IMG/VR virus record: IMGVR_UViG_3300042307_000844
Source: a virus
Taxonomy: Duplodnaviria; Caudoviricetes
DNA length: 64,000 bases
Reading direction: 5' to 3' (one strand)
The position numbers and the translations under genes are program-made. The notes below the pieces were generated by a model. That model had not been told where the DNA came from and did not search any database. It saw only the letters and a program-made list of their open reading frames with translations. Below are positions 9,989-19,808 of the stretch, piece by piece; position 1 is the stretch's first letter; every line of letters begins with the position of its first letter.

Positions 9989-11134
9989 ATGAGTAAATTA
10001 AAAACAATAATCGACAAATCGTTGGAGAACGTGTTCTGGGTTTCCCATCAGGGGAAATTCCTTGGCTCTTCCGATTACCCCCAAGAATTTGAGCAGAAAT
10101 ATGGGAATATCTCCTATGTGTCTTTGGCAATAGATGACTATCTTTTTGACAAGCAGCAGCTTGAGAGAATCCATGATTTCCTGAGAAAATGGAAATTCGA
10201 TGTCACACAACAATACAAGATCAACGAATACAACACGGGGTATTATTACTGCGACGATCTGACGCTTATGGTTCGGGCTACATTTGGTATGCCGGAAGAT
10301 AAGGTTGAGAAAGAGGATGATGAGGGGGAGGTTTTCTCGCCAAATAGTGGAGGGATCACTATTAGCTTTTCACCTCTGATTAAGAATAGAAAAAATATTG
10401 AGGAATTTTTGAAAGAATTTGTGGATGGGGAATTTCTGTTTCTCCCCACTTCTGAAAAGAACTTTTATATGATTGCTCAGACTCAGCATGGATTAACTAA
10501 GCAGAAAACGAGTTTTGCTGATATTGAAATTAAGGATGATAGATATGATCTATATTATGGAGAAGCGTTTCCAAAAGATAAAATTATGAGCTTTGTTAAG
10601 GATAAACATCCAGAAAGTTTGCTACTTTTTCATGGGGTGCCGGGGTCTGGAAAATCTAACCTGATTAAAAATCTCATCACCGAATGTGAAGATGATGTGA
10701 TCTATATTCCACCCTCCATGGTATCGGTGATCTCCCAACCATCTTTCATATCATTCATGTTAGATAATCGCGGATGCATATTATTAATCGAAGATGCGGA
10801 AGAAATATTATCAGTTGATAGGAATTCGGGAACACAAAATATTTTGGGTATGACCGATGGTTTCCTCCGCGACTGTATGGGTATGCGTATCATTTGCACA
10901 TTCAATTGCGATTTGAAAAAAGTTGATCCAGCCTTATTGCGTAAGGGTAGGCTCTACCTAGAATACCGTTTCGGAGAGCTTTCCATTAAAGATGGTCAGA
11001 GATTAGCTGATCATTGTAATCTTGATATTACAATTGACAAGGAAATGACACTGGCTGATATTTTCAATTATCATAAAGAAAACACTTCTACGAAGTCGTT
11101 TGAGGATCGTCCAATGGGGTTTGGGAATTTTTAA
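9989..11134 (+). CDS. AAA+ ATPase (BCS1-like C-terminal domain)
   Basis: HGVPGSGKS, LLIEDAE, DPALLRKGRL. Confidence 0.85.
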   Translation: MSKLKTIIDKSLENVFWVSHQGKFLGSSDYPQEFEQKYGNISYVSLAIDDYLFDKQQLERIHDFLRKWKFDVTQQYKINEYNTGYYYCDDLTLMVRATFGMPEDKVEKEDDEGEVFSPNSGGITISFSPLIKNRKNIEEFLKEFVDGEFLFLPTSEKNFYMIAQTQHGLTKQKTSFADIEIKDDRYDLYYGEAFPKDKIMSFVKDKHPESLLLFHGVPGSGKSNLIKNLITECEDDVIYIPPSMVSVISQPSFISFMLDNRGCILLIEDAEEILSVDRNSGTQNILGMTDGFLRDCMGMRIICTFNCDLKKVDPALLRKGRLYLEYRFGELSIKDGQRLADHCNLDITIDKEMTLADIFNYHKENTSTKSFEDRPMGFGNF

Positions 11135-11861
11135 TTTTGTTTCCGCCTATGGCATTTTTATTTCCCATCAAACTTTGAGAAATTCTTTTTCTTCGTTCTT
11201 CTGGAACTGGGTTACCATAGCTTGGATTATTTTCACCGCTCAATTTTAGAGATAATTTTAATCTTTCGTTGGGGTCTTCGTATCGTTTTCTCATTATTTC
11301 AGCAGTTTTTCTTTTTCCTTCTTCGGAATTAGCTCGGATTTTTTGTGATCTTCTCATATTTTCAATAGCTTCTGGAGAAGCTTTAACCCCCAATCTAGAC
11401 TTTCTAATATTTTCCCTATGCTCTTCTGTGAATGGTTTCTTTTTCTTACCCTTCTTAGATAAGCTCATATTTATTCTAGCTTCAGGTGATGCTTTCTTTC
11501 CTAATTTAGCTAGTGACATTTTTTTTCTACTTTCTTCACTATATTTTCTTCCAGTATTATCTAAACCTCTAGTGCAAACATTATACCCAAGTGGAACCAA
11601 ACAATTATATTTTATTATTAATTGTTCTTCTAAGTCATGTAAAAATGTTTTATTGACATCTGGTAGGTAGTATATTTCTACGTGGAAATTATTAATACCA
11701 TGTTTTTTAAAAGCTTTTGAAATAACTTGGTGTTTATGGGATCGGTGTTCACTTATTCGTTTATGGATATTCATCGTTTCCCCAATATAATACTTCCCAT
11801 TCACCTCATTGCGAATGATATACACCCCCGGTTTGTTCTCAAATTTATCAGTTAGTCTCAT
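11088..11861 (-). CDS. GIY-YIG homing endonuclease with NUMOD3-type repeats
   Basis: GVYIIRNEVNGKYYIGET...R...H; repeated SEESRKKMS/SPEARINMS units. Confidence 0.9.
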   Translation of the reverse strand: MRLTDKFENKPGVYIIRNEVNGKYYIGETMNIHKRISEHRSHKHQVISKAFKKHGINNFHVEIYYLPDVNKTFLHDLEEQLIIKYNCLVPLGYNVCTRGLDNTGRKYSEESRKKMSLAKLGKKASPEARINMSLSKKGKKKKPFTEEHRENIRKSRLGVKASPEAIENMRRSQKIRANSEEGKRKTAEIMRKRYEDPNERLKLSLKLSGENNPSYGNPVPEERRKRISQSLMGNKNAIGGNKIKNSQTPLDDPQTTS

Positions 11862-11991
11862 TCAATTTATCCTCTAGTATTCTTTTGATATATTCGGTCA
11901 TAGTCAGACCAGATTTCTTAGCAATTTTACGAATTTGTTCCTTCATCTCGGAAGTCACATACAGTTCTATTTTTTTCTTTATTGTTTCCAT
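11848..11991 (-). CDS. Small ribbon-helix-helix DNA-binding protein (47 aa, not in the ORF track)
   Basis: METIKKKIELYVTSEMKEQIRKIAKKSGLTMTEYIKRILEDKLNETN; TAAGTA upstream; overlaps the start of the GIY-YIG gene. Confidence 0.75.
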   Translation of the reverse strand: METIKKKIELYVTSEMKEQIRKIAKKSGLTMTEYIKRILEDKLNETN

Positions 11992-12090
11992 ACTATATTA
12001 CTTAGTAAATTTTAATGATTTTTCCATGATTTTTTCATAAAAAAGTTGAGAGAAGGTTATTATATTAAGTATTATCAGACCGTGTAAAAA

Positions 12091-13170
12091 ATGAACGATT
12101 ACAATTACTTCTTTGAAAATTCCCAACTCCTCAACATGTTCGTTGCAGCGTTTGACGATGCATTCGTATATCGTTATGATGCTCGCACCCGTGTAGCAAA
12201 GGAGAAGATTGAGGTTCGATACGTCAATGGACCGAAACACCGTGTTCTCCTCGATCTGAGCGATAGAGCCAAGACACTCACCCTACCCGTGGTGACGATT
12301 GAGCAAACCTCATTGGCGCGTGATCCGTCCCGTATCCATAATAAAGGCCAATTTATTTACAGAAAACAGTTGGATTCCACGAATCGGATGGCTAAAATTC
12401 CCCAACCAATTCCCGTAAATCTTACTCTGGATGTGAACATCATCTGCTATTTCAAGGAGGATTTGGATCAGATCATTCAGAATTTCGTGGTGAATTGCAA
12501 TCCATATATCATGGTTTCTTGGAAAATTCCTGAAAAATTCAACATGCCGTTCATTGATGAGATTCGTTCGGAAATTCAGTGGTCGGGAGATATTTCCTAT
12601 GAAAATCCCAAGGACTTGTCTCCCGATGTGAAATGGAGAATTTCTGCTTCCACTTCTTTCACGGTCAAGGGATGGTTGTTCAAGGATTACAATCAGACCC
12701 AAGCACCAATCTATGTAATCAATGCTGACTTTCATGCGCTTCCGTTTAGCAGCCGCTTCTGTGATTACAATCTCTTTGATGCGATCAGTGCTGAAGGAGT
12801 GGTGACGGATAGCGTATCAATCAGTGCATATCCAGAATTCACCAATTATTTCATCAACGGTATTCACCAAGGGGATTCTCTGGTTGTCACGGAATTGAAT
12901 GACAGGAACTTCCAATTCTATGGTAAGCGATTTGGATATAATAACACTTGGTATCTATCAGGTGCTTATAATATTCCCGAATTGGTATATACGGAGATTG
13001 ACACTGCCAAGTTCCCCACCATTTCCGCATACCAGTTACCAGAGAATGTGATTACCACAGTGAATGATAATATTGTCACGGTGTCGCTAAGTTCCAATTA
13101 TTTTAGTAATTTGTCAGGAAATATGGTTTTTGTGACAGCTAATGATGCGGGATGGGTTGCATCCTATTAA
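12091..13170 (+). CDS. gp15: Tail sheath stabilizer/terminator (T4 gp15-like)
   Basis: MFVAAFDD...IEVRYVNGPKHR...LPVVTIE...RDPSR, and the NPYIMV pattern. Confidence 0.75.
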   Translation: MNDYNYFFENSQLLNMFVAAFDDAFVYRYDARTRVAKEKIEVRYVNGPKHRVLLDLSDRAKTLTLPVVTIEQTSLARDPSRIHNKGQFIYRKQLDSTNRMAKIPQPIPVNLTLDVNIICYFKEDLDQIIQNFVVNCNPYIMVSWKIPEKFNMPFIDEIRSEIQWSGDISYENPKDLSPDVKWRISASTSFTVKGWLFKDYNQTQAPIYVINADFHALPFSSRFCDYNLFDAISAEGVVTDSVSISAYPEFTNYFINGIHQGDSLVVTELNDRNFQFYGKRFGYNNTWYLSGAYNIPELVYTEIDTAKFPTISAYQLPENVITTVNDNIVTVSLSSNYFSNLSGNMVFVTANDAGWVASY

Positions 13171-13196
13171 AAAAAACAATTCAACTAAATAATATC

Positions 13197-13505
13197 ATGA
13201 CTACGAAAGATCAATTTGCAATTTCAAATCTTATAACAGAGATGTATTCAGAACAATCAGGTATTGTTAAATTGGAGCAAGATGAATTTGGAAATCTTTC
13301 GACCAGAACACCAGACGGTGAATTGGAAATGTTAATGGGATATTCTAGCGGTGGAGAACCAGTAACTTTCAAATTTCCAATGAGTGAGTATCAACAACAA
13401 TATTTTTCCAATGCTTTGTATGATGCAATTGAGACTGGTATGTTACCATCGTCCACGACAGCAGTTCAATTACCAGATGGTTCCACTTTTGAAATACCTA
13501 AATAG
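13197..13505 (+). CDS. Hypothetical late protein
   Basis: TAAATA-N5-ATG start. Confidence 0.6.
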   Translation: MTTKDQFAISNLITEMYSEQSGIVKLEQDEFGNLSTRTPDGELEMLMGYSSGGEPVTFKFPMSEYQQQYFSNALYDAIETGMLPSSTTAVQLPDGSTFEIPK

Positions 13506-13545
13506 ATTTCATTGAATAATTGAAGATTCCGCTTAAATAATAAGT

Positions 13546-15369
13546 ATGGCGGGTATCGGCAGTTCAACAACACCATCTTCAAACAAACAATACCAAGGAA
13601 CGGATGGTAAAGGTTCCACATTTGATAGGAACATGCAATCCTATTTGAAGAATCGCGGGAATTTCATTGAGAAGACTCCTGACGAAGCGAAGAATACAAA
13701 ATATAAATATTTCCAAAAGATTGGTTTACGCAGACCGGAAGCGATTGCTAGAAATTCCGTAGCTCTCAATAACGACTGGAACAACACTGCATTTTCCGCA
13801 ATTTACCAAGACAAGTCCTTTACGGATTTGATGTATTCCCAAGCTTCGGAGGAAAAACCGGGGCGTTTGCGGGACTACCGCATGATTGCCGCTTACTCTG
13901 AAGTGGCGGATGCCATGGATGAGATTTGCGATGAGACGATCAATGTGGATGAGAACGGAGAGATTGTAACTCTAGAAATCCGTAATACTGATCTGGAATC
14001 GGAAAAGAAAGAGGAGATTGAGAAGGAATTCTCCCGTTTCGTTGCCATGATGGAACTGGAAGACAATGGTTGGAATTATTTCCGCCAATTTCTTATTGAA
14101 GGCGAACTGTTCTTTGAATTGATTCTAAAAGATGATTATATCAAACAAGGGGTAGTTGCCATCAAAAACCTCCCTGCTGAACAATTTGATCCTGTATATG
14201 ACAACATTCAGACGATGTTGGTGAAAGCGTTCATTTACAAGAAGCCAATCTTCTCTTCGGTGGATAATAAAAAGGTAGAACGCTATGAATACATTCCCTT
14301 TGAACAAAACCAAGTCCTCTATGTGAACAGTGGGCAATATAATGAAACCAAGGATTTTATCATTCCTTTCATTGAGAATTGCCGTAGAGCTTACAGACAG
14401 CTTTCCATGATTGAGGATTCCGTGGTGATCCACAGAATGGTTCATGCGCCCCTCCGCTTCCTCTTCAACGTGGATGTGGGAAGATTGCCCGTCCCCGCAG
14501 CAGAAGCCTACCTACGCAAGCTACAGAGCCAATACTGGTCAACCAAGACGTTTGACATGGATCAGGGAGATATTGTCAAGAAATACGCACCTCAATCCAC
14601 GCTTGATTCATTCTGGTTTGCCAAGAGACAAGGACAAGAGGCAACTACAGTTGAAACATTTGGGGGTCAAATGTCGGATGGTAATATGGAACCTCTTGAT
14701 TGGTTCATCAAGAAATTATATCGTTCTCTCAAGACTCCAACTTCTCGTTTGAATAATGAAACGGGTTATAATGATGGAACGGAGATGCTTCGGGAAGAAC
14801 TGAAGTTTGCCAAGATGATCATTCGTCAACAACAACGCTTTGCCCAAGGTATCAAGAGAGCGTTTATCACACACCTCAAGTTCAAGGACATGTTCGATGA
14901 TTGGGATTTGTTCGATGACAATATCCGCGTGGAATTCAATGTTCCCACCAATTTCTATGATATGCGGGAGAGCCAGAAGCTCAATCTTAAGATTGAGACT
15001 TTCAATAACATTACGGGTAATGAAATGGTATCCACGATTTATGCCATGAAGAAATATCTGGATTGGAGAGATTCCGATATCCTTGCCAACCTACATTTCA
15101 AGAAGGTGGAAGCGGAACACATGTTTGAAATCGAACAAATAAAAACACTCGGACCCAACTACAAAGAGTTATTAGCTCAACAAGCTGGAGGCGAAGCTGG
15201 TGGTGATATGGGAGCCATGGGAGGATCAAGTGGAGGTGGTGGGATGCCTCCAGATTTTGGAGGCTCTGGCGCAGCTATAACTGATTCAGAAGCTCCAAAT
15301 GTCGAAGCTCCACTCGATCAAGCAGAAACGCCGGAAGCTCCGTCCAATGAACCAGAGATGGGTGTCTAA
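13546..15369 (+). CDS. gp20: Portal vertex protein (T4 gp20 family)
   Basis: YRMIAAYSEVADAMDEI, IEDSVVIHRMVHAP...DVGRLP, LREELKFAKMI. Confidence 0.96.
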   Translation: MAGIGSSTTPSSNKQYQGTDGKGSTFDRNMQSYLKNRGNFIEKTPDEAKNTKYKYFQKIGLRRPEAIARNSVALNNDWNNTAFSAIYQDKSFTDLMYSQASEEKPGRLRDYRMIAAYSEVADAMDEICDETINVDENGEIVTLEIRNTDLESEKKEEIEKEFSRFVAMMELEDNGWNYFRQFLIEGELFFELILKDDYIKQGVVAIKNLPAEQFDPVYDNIQTMLVKAFIYKKPIFSSVDNKKVERYEYIPFEQNQVLYVNSGQYNETKDFIIPFIENCRRAYRQLSMIEDSVVIHRMVHAPLRFLFNVDVGRLPVPAAEAYLRKLQSQYWSTKTFDMDQGDIVKKYAPQSTLDSFWFAKRQGQEATTVETFGGQMSDGNMEPLDWFIKKLYRSLKTPTSRLNNETGYNDGTEMLREELKFAKMIIRQQQRFAQGIKRAFITHLKFKDMFDDWDLFDDNIRVEFNVPTNFYDMRESQKLNLKIETFNNITGNEMVSTIYAMKKYLDWRDSDILANLHFKKVEAEHMFEIEQIKTLGPNYKELLAQQAGGEAGGDMGAMGGSSGGGGMPPDFGGSGAAITDSEAPNVEAPLDQAETPEAPSNEPEMGV

Positions 15370-16408
15370 ATTTTAAATTAGCTCTCTTACTGTCGTTAAG
15401 AGACTCTGGTATTGTTTGGAGATTTCCATGGTGATGATAACCTCCTTTGGTTAGAGGTAAGATATGATCAACATTATATTTGATACCTAGACAATCTTCC
15501 AGCCTGATTCGCATATCAACATATGTTTTTTCAATGTTTTGATCGTGATTAGGATGTGTTGCGTTCTTTTTTAACGCTCGTCTTTTACTATTTCTCAATA
15601 ATACCTTATCCCAATTATTTTTATCCCAATTATTCTTTTTAATATTTAATTGTTCTTTATTATTTTTATAATATTCAGAAAATTTTTTGTTGTGGCAAGC
15701 TTCACAATAAGACGATCTATTTTTAAATTTTTTATGTAATATACAAAAGCTATCAATTGGGGAAATTTGATCGCATGAGTAACATTTTTTATTACCACTC
15801 ATTTCTAATTTTACATTTTCTATTTGTAATGCCTTGTCCCATAAAAATTCTGGAGTGTCCCCCCAATATTTTAATATGGGATTATCGTGCTTAATTAATT
15901 TATTGGCTATTCCCTCGAATGATTTTGGTATAACTTGAATATTTTGGTGATGATGATAACCTCCTTTATTCATTGGGATTATTTTATGTAATATAAATTT
16001 AACACCTAAACATTTTTGCAATCTAATTTTCATTTCTATTAAAACAGCTTCTATCTTCGGATCATGTTGTTCGTGATAAGCATCGTTTTTAATTGCATTC
16101 GTCTTATAAGAACCCAATTGTCTAATCACCGGATTCTTCAATTTATAATTTTTAGAACGGAGTAATTCCTTTTCCAAATTCTTTTCTCTATATATTTTAC
16201 CTCTCTCTATACAAAGCTCACGGTTTTCTTCTCTGTATTTTACCATATAAGCATCATGACGATCTTTATTTTTCAATCTCCATTCACGTTTTCGTTCTTT
16301 CCCACATTCAATACATTCATATTGCAAACCATCAGGACTTTTGGAAGATTTTGTAAATAAATTTAATGATAACTCACTTTTACATCTAGTGCATTCCTTC
16401 GTATTCAT
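15275..16408 (-). CDS. HNH endonuclease with two tandem Cys-Zn + HNH modules
   Basis: Duplicated CxxC...HDPKIE/HDQNIE...HKIIP/VDHILP...GGYHHHxN modules. Confidence 0.8.
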   Translation of the reverse strand: MNTKECTRCKSELSLNLFTKSSKSPDGLQYECIECGKERKREWRLKNKDRHDAYMVKYREENRELCIERGKIYREKNLEKELLRSKNYKLKNPVIRQLGSYKTNAIKNDAYHEQHDPKIEAVLIEMKIRLQKCLGVKFILHKIIPMNKGGYHHHQNIQVIPKSFEGIANKLIKHDNPILKYWGDTPEFLWDKALQIENVKLEMSGNKKCYSCDQISPIDSFCILHKKFKNRSSYCEACHNKKFSEYYKNNKEQLNIKKNNWDKNNWDKVLLRNSKRRALKKNATHPNHDQNIEKTYVDMRIRLEDCLGIKYNVDHILPLTKGGYHHHGNLQTIPESLNDSKRANLKFRHPSLVHWTELPAFLLDRVELRHLELLNQL

Positions 16409-16481
16409 ATTAATATTTAACTAAACGGATCAAACTGGAAAGAAAAAATTGTGATAAATCACCATCAAATTAAATATTATC

Positions 16482-16901
16482 ATGACTTCCCACGACTTCA
16501 AAAATCTAGCACTATTATATGAAAGTATGGAAAACCATACCATGTCTCTGAACGATATTTATGGTGATATTGAATATGATGTTCCTGAAAACGAGGCACT
16601 TTATAGTGCTGTTGACCCCGAAATAGGGGATATCCAAATTCCGATCAAAACACTATCACCAGATCAATTGTTGAAATTGACGACATATAAAGATGATACC
16701 ACGGTATTTCAAGCATATAAAGATTTTGCTGATAGGGATCAGAAGCAAATCGTAAATCATTACAAGAAAAATTTAAATGAATTACACGATAACCCAATCG
16801 TCATTAATAATAACACGGCTTTGGATGGGTATCATCGAATTATTGCAGCTATTTTGATGAAACAATCTTTGAAAGTATTGGATGTGTCGGATATACAGTA
16901 G
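16482..16901 (+). CDS. ParB/Sulfiredoxin-like domain protein (no HTH)
   Basis: PIVI...LDGYHRIIAA motif. Confidence 0.65.
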   Translation: MTSHDFKNLALLYESMENHTMSLNDIYGDIEYDVPENEALYSAVDPEIGDIQIPIKTLSPDQLLKLTTYKDDTTVFQAYKDFADRDQKQIVNHYKKNLNELHDNPIVINNNTALDGYHRIIAAILMKQSLKVLDVSDIQ

Positions 16902-16902
16902 T

Positions 16903-17577
16903 TTAATTTAAAGGAATGCCATAAGTCTTGGCATATTCTTTCGATTTCTGGTCAAAAGGATAAATTGTCCCATGCCACAGGAAATCGTTTCCCGAATCGA
17001 TTGCCCCCAAAGGACGGACTTTCACAATCCACTCGCCCATATATTCGCCTTTGGAGTTTTTAAATTTTAATTTACCAGAAAACTGTGAAAATACATCGGT
17101 TGAATCCTCCCATCTACGCATGTAATCATCAAGTTGATGTTCGTCTTCCACGAAATTTTTCCAATTTAATCTAAGCAATTCTTCTGATGATGTTGCACAC
17201 AGATTACAATATGCTTCATTCACCATAATATTAAGACCTTTGGAGGTAACTCTAAACGATGGTTTGGGATTGAGCCAAAACATAGCCTCTATTTCAGCTT
17301 TGATTATTTTCACAGAATCCCGCATGGAACCCCCACCATTCGGGGATATTTCATATTCAACATTTTTTAAACGATCATCAATATTTGACACAGTTCCTTG
17401 AATATTTTTTAAAGATTCTGGTATGGAATTCCGAGATTTAATATATTCCTGACGTTCCTTATATTTTTCGACAATAAAAGTCCTGAGTTGTTTCCAAGTC
17501 AATATAATGGCACCAATCGCCCCTAGAATAATTTTTATAAAATTGGCGTGTTGTTGAACAAAATCGTAAAAATCCAT
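16903..17577 (-). CDS. Single-pass membrane protein with coiled coil and PAS-like domain (holin-like, tentative)
   Basis: N-terminal hydrophobic IKIILGAIGAIILTW; VNEAYCNL...SSEELL...NW PAS signature. Confidence 0.6.
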   Translation of the reverse strand: MDFYDFVQQHANFIKIILGAIGAIILTWKQLRTFIVEKYKERQEYIKSRNSIPESLKNIQGTVSNIDDRLKNVEYEISPNGGGSMRDSVKIIKAEIEAMFWLNPKPSFRVTSKGLNIMVNEAYCNLCATSSEELLRLNWKNFVEDEHQLDDYMRRWEDSTDVFSQFSGKLKFKNSKGEYMGEWIVKVRPLGAIDSGNDFLWHGTIYPFDQKSKEYAKTYGIPLN

Positions 17578-17594
17578 AATATTATTTATGAAAG

Positions 17595-17891
17595 TTAATC
17601 ACAAAAGCTCACACAGTTGAACGCGGAATTATAATAATATTTTGTTCCATTGTTTTCTTCAGCATTCCAACCCGAATCAGTGGGTCTATCACAGTCATAG
17701 AAGTAGAATTGACTCCCATTATTGGACGATGGGTGGATGTAAGTGGTGTCCTGCCCCCAGAGGATGAAATCGTTGGCAGATAGGTAATAATACGCGGAAC
17801 CGTTGTTGGTATTAGCATTCCAACCTGAAACGGTGGGGATGCCGCAGGATAATTCGTAATAAATGGAACCGTTGTTTGATTCAAAGGACAT
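17595..17891 (-). CDS. Small late protein with internal NNG-x-x-Y/F-Y repeats
   Basis: TAAGTA-N5-ATG; four NNG repeats in two duplicated halves (SGWNAxxNNG). Confidence 0.6.
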   Translation of the reverse strand: MSFESNNGSIYYELSCGIPTVSGWNANTNNGSAYYYLSANDFILWGQDTTYIHPSSNNGSQFYFYDCDRPTDSGWNAEENNGTKYYYNSAFNCVSFCD

Positions 17892-17919
17892 AATAATACT
17901 TAACAGATTAAATAAGATT

Positions 17920-19059
17920 ATGAGCTTATGCCAAGTTGAACCAATTTCCGCTTTCATGTCCACCAATCTCAATTCCAAGATTGAGTGTTACCAGCGTTTG
18001 GGAGAGAGGATTCTGAGAACCTTGGGACATCCCATGATTAATGTGGAGTTACATTACGATCAGTTACACGAAGCCATATCAATGGCGGTTGACTTCTATA
18101 CAGTATATAGTGGTTACACTAAAGAATATCTTATTTTTGACAGCCGATTGTATGAGGGTAACAAAGGCTTACGATTGGATCATCTTTTCACAGTTGCCAA
18201 TTCGGGATACACACCATCGGAAAAGCTCAATGATAAGAGAACCGGACCACAACCGGATTATGAAGTGACTCTCCCAACTCCTTTATATGTTTCCCTTTCC
18301 ACAATTCCCAGCGCATATTTCACAGCTTCTTCAGCATTAAGCGGAGTGGTTCCTTCCGATGGCATTACTTCCATGCAAATTATTGACCAAACTACTTACG
18401 ATCTTCTAGTGGGATTCAATGCTGGTTTGAGTGTGCTGTTCCAACAATCCTATCAAAAACCGTTCACGATACAGTGTGAACAACAGGATGATGTGAACAC
18501 ATTCAATAATATGTTTGATTATGATGTCATGGATTACCGCAAAGTAGTTGATGTTATTTCTTTTGAGGAAGGTTCTTCCACAGGTGTAAACACATTGTTT
18601 TCCGTGGAACAAACCATGGCTCAACAAAGTTATCACGCTTATTCGCTGGGTAACTATGGATTTGATATTCTATCTTGGCACACCGTCAAGGATTGGATTG
18701 ATACCCGCGAAAAAATGTTTGCTACTCGTCGGGACATCTATTTTGATGCAAGAACACAATATCTCCGTTTAATACCTCAACCGAAAAACACTCAATTTTT
18801 TGGCTTGCTCACTTGCTACGTGGAAAAACCTTTAAGAGATTTGATCAAGGAGAAGTGGATTTTGGAATACGCCACCGCCATGTCTAAGATCATGTGGGGA
18901 CGGATACTCACTAAGATATCCGGTGTTACTTTACCCGGAGGTGGTTCCATTGATGGTTCCAGCATTCTTTCGGAAGGATTGGAAGCGAAAAAAGAATTGG
19001 AACAATTCTTAATTGAAGGTGGATTCTCAACGGACCCTCCCTTGATGCTCGTGATGTGA
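17920..19059 (+). CDS. gp13: Neck protein (T4 gp13-like)
   Basis: ILRTLGHPMINVEL..DQL.EAI..A.DFY; WILEYATA..K..WG..L.K..GV.LPGGG. Confidence 0.85.
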   Translation: MSLCQVEPISAFMSTNLNSKIECYQRLGERILRTLGHPMINVELHYDQLHEAISMAVDFYTVYSGYTKEYLIFDSRLYEGNKGLRLDHLFTVANSGYTPSEKLNDKRTGPQPDYEVTLPTPLYVSLSTIPSAYFTASSALSGVVPSDGITSMQIIDQTTYDLLVGFNAGLSVLFQQSYQKPFTIQCEQQDDVNTFNNMFDYDVMDYRKVVDVISFEEGSSTGVNTLFSVEQTMAQQSYHAYSLGNYGFDILSWHTVKDWIDTREKMFATRRDIYFDARTQYLRLIPQPKNTQFFGLLTCYVEKPLRDLIKEKWILEYATAMSKIMWGRILTKISGVTLPGGGSIDGSSILSEGLEAKKELEQFLIEGGFSTDPPLMLVM

Positions 19060-19080
19060 GATACCTTATTAAGTATTGTT

Positions 19081-19806
19081 GTGTTTATTCGTGGATCAGG
19101 GGCGGGCAATGAGGCGAAAAGGAACGACGAATCGTTCTACCGTGGAATTGTGGTCAAGAACAACGATCCCCTGAAAATGAATCGGGTTAAGATATTCATT
19201 CCCGAATTATCCAACCAACCTTTTGAGGAATGGTTTGAGAAATATGAGGAAATGAATATTCAAAGACCCGGACTCAACAACCCCGAAGACACTTGGGTTG
19301 ATATCAAGATTTACGAAGAGATTTCCAAACACATTCCATGGGCGGAACCGTGTTATCCTCTGATGGGAGAATCCGGTAATGGACGATACTTCAAACAGGA
19401 TGGGGATGGTTTGGCTGTTATAACGGACAGTAACTATTCGGAGACTTACGAAAATAATAATACTGAAGTCCCAACTTTAAGCGGGGGATCGTTCTCCCCT
19501 TCATTTTTATATGAAAACATGGATACCATGGTATCCGATGCGTTTGCCAATCCTCTTGATGTTTTCGCTGTCAAATGCAATCCCTATGCTTTTGGATATA
19601 AATCGAATAATTTCACAAACAAATCCAAGGGAATGTTCGGTATTCCCGAAGTGGGTTCCAAGGTTTGGGTGTTCCATTATCTGGGAGATTTAAACTTTCC
19701 CATTTACTTTGGAGTGTCGCAGGATTTCCGTGGACTGACACTGATAAATAGAACCGACAATGATAATAAAATTTCCCCTTATTATCCAAACGATTTTGAG
19801 AATTGA
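19081..19806 (+). CDS. Baseplate hub gp5 N-terminal OB-fold protein
   Basis: YRGIVVKNNDPLKMNRVKI...WAEP...GMFGIPEVGSKVWVF..GD.NFPIYFG. Confidence 0.8.
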   Translation: MFIRGSGAGNEAKRNDESFYRGIVVKNNDPLKMNRVKIFIPELSNQPFEEWFEKYEEMNIQRPGLNNPEDTWVDIKIYEEISKHIPWAEPCYPLMGESGNGRYFKQDGDGLAVITDSNYSETYENNNTEVPTLSGGSFSPSFLYENMDTMVSDAFANPLDVFAVKCNPYAFGYKSNNFTNKSKGMFGIPEVGSKVWVFHYLGDLNFPIYFGVSQDFRGLTLINRTDNDNKISPYYPNDFEN

Positions 19807-19808
19807 TT

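Noticed and set aside
11674-11689. Second parS-like sequence ATTTCTACGTGGAAAT
   Set aside because: Several mismatches to consensus, and it lies inside a coding region.
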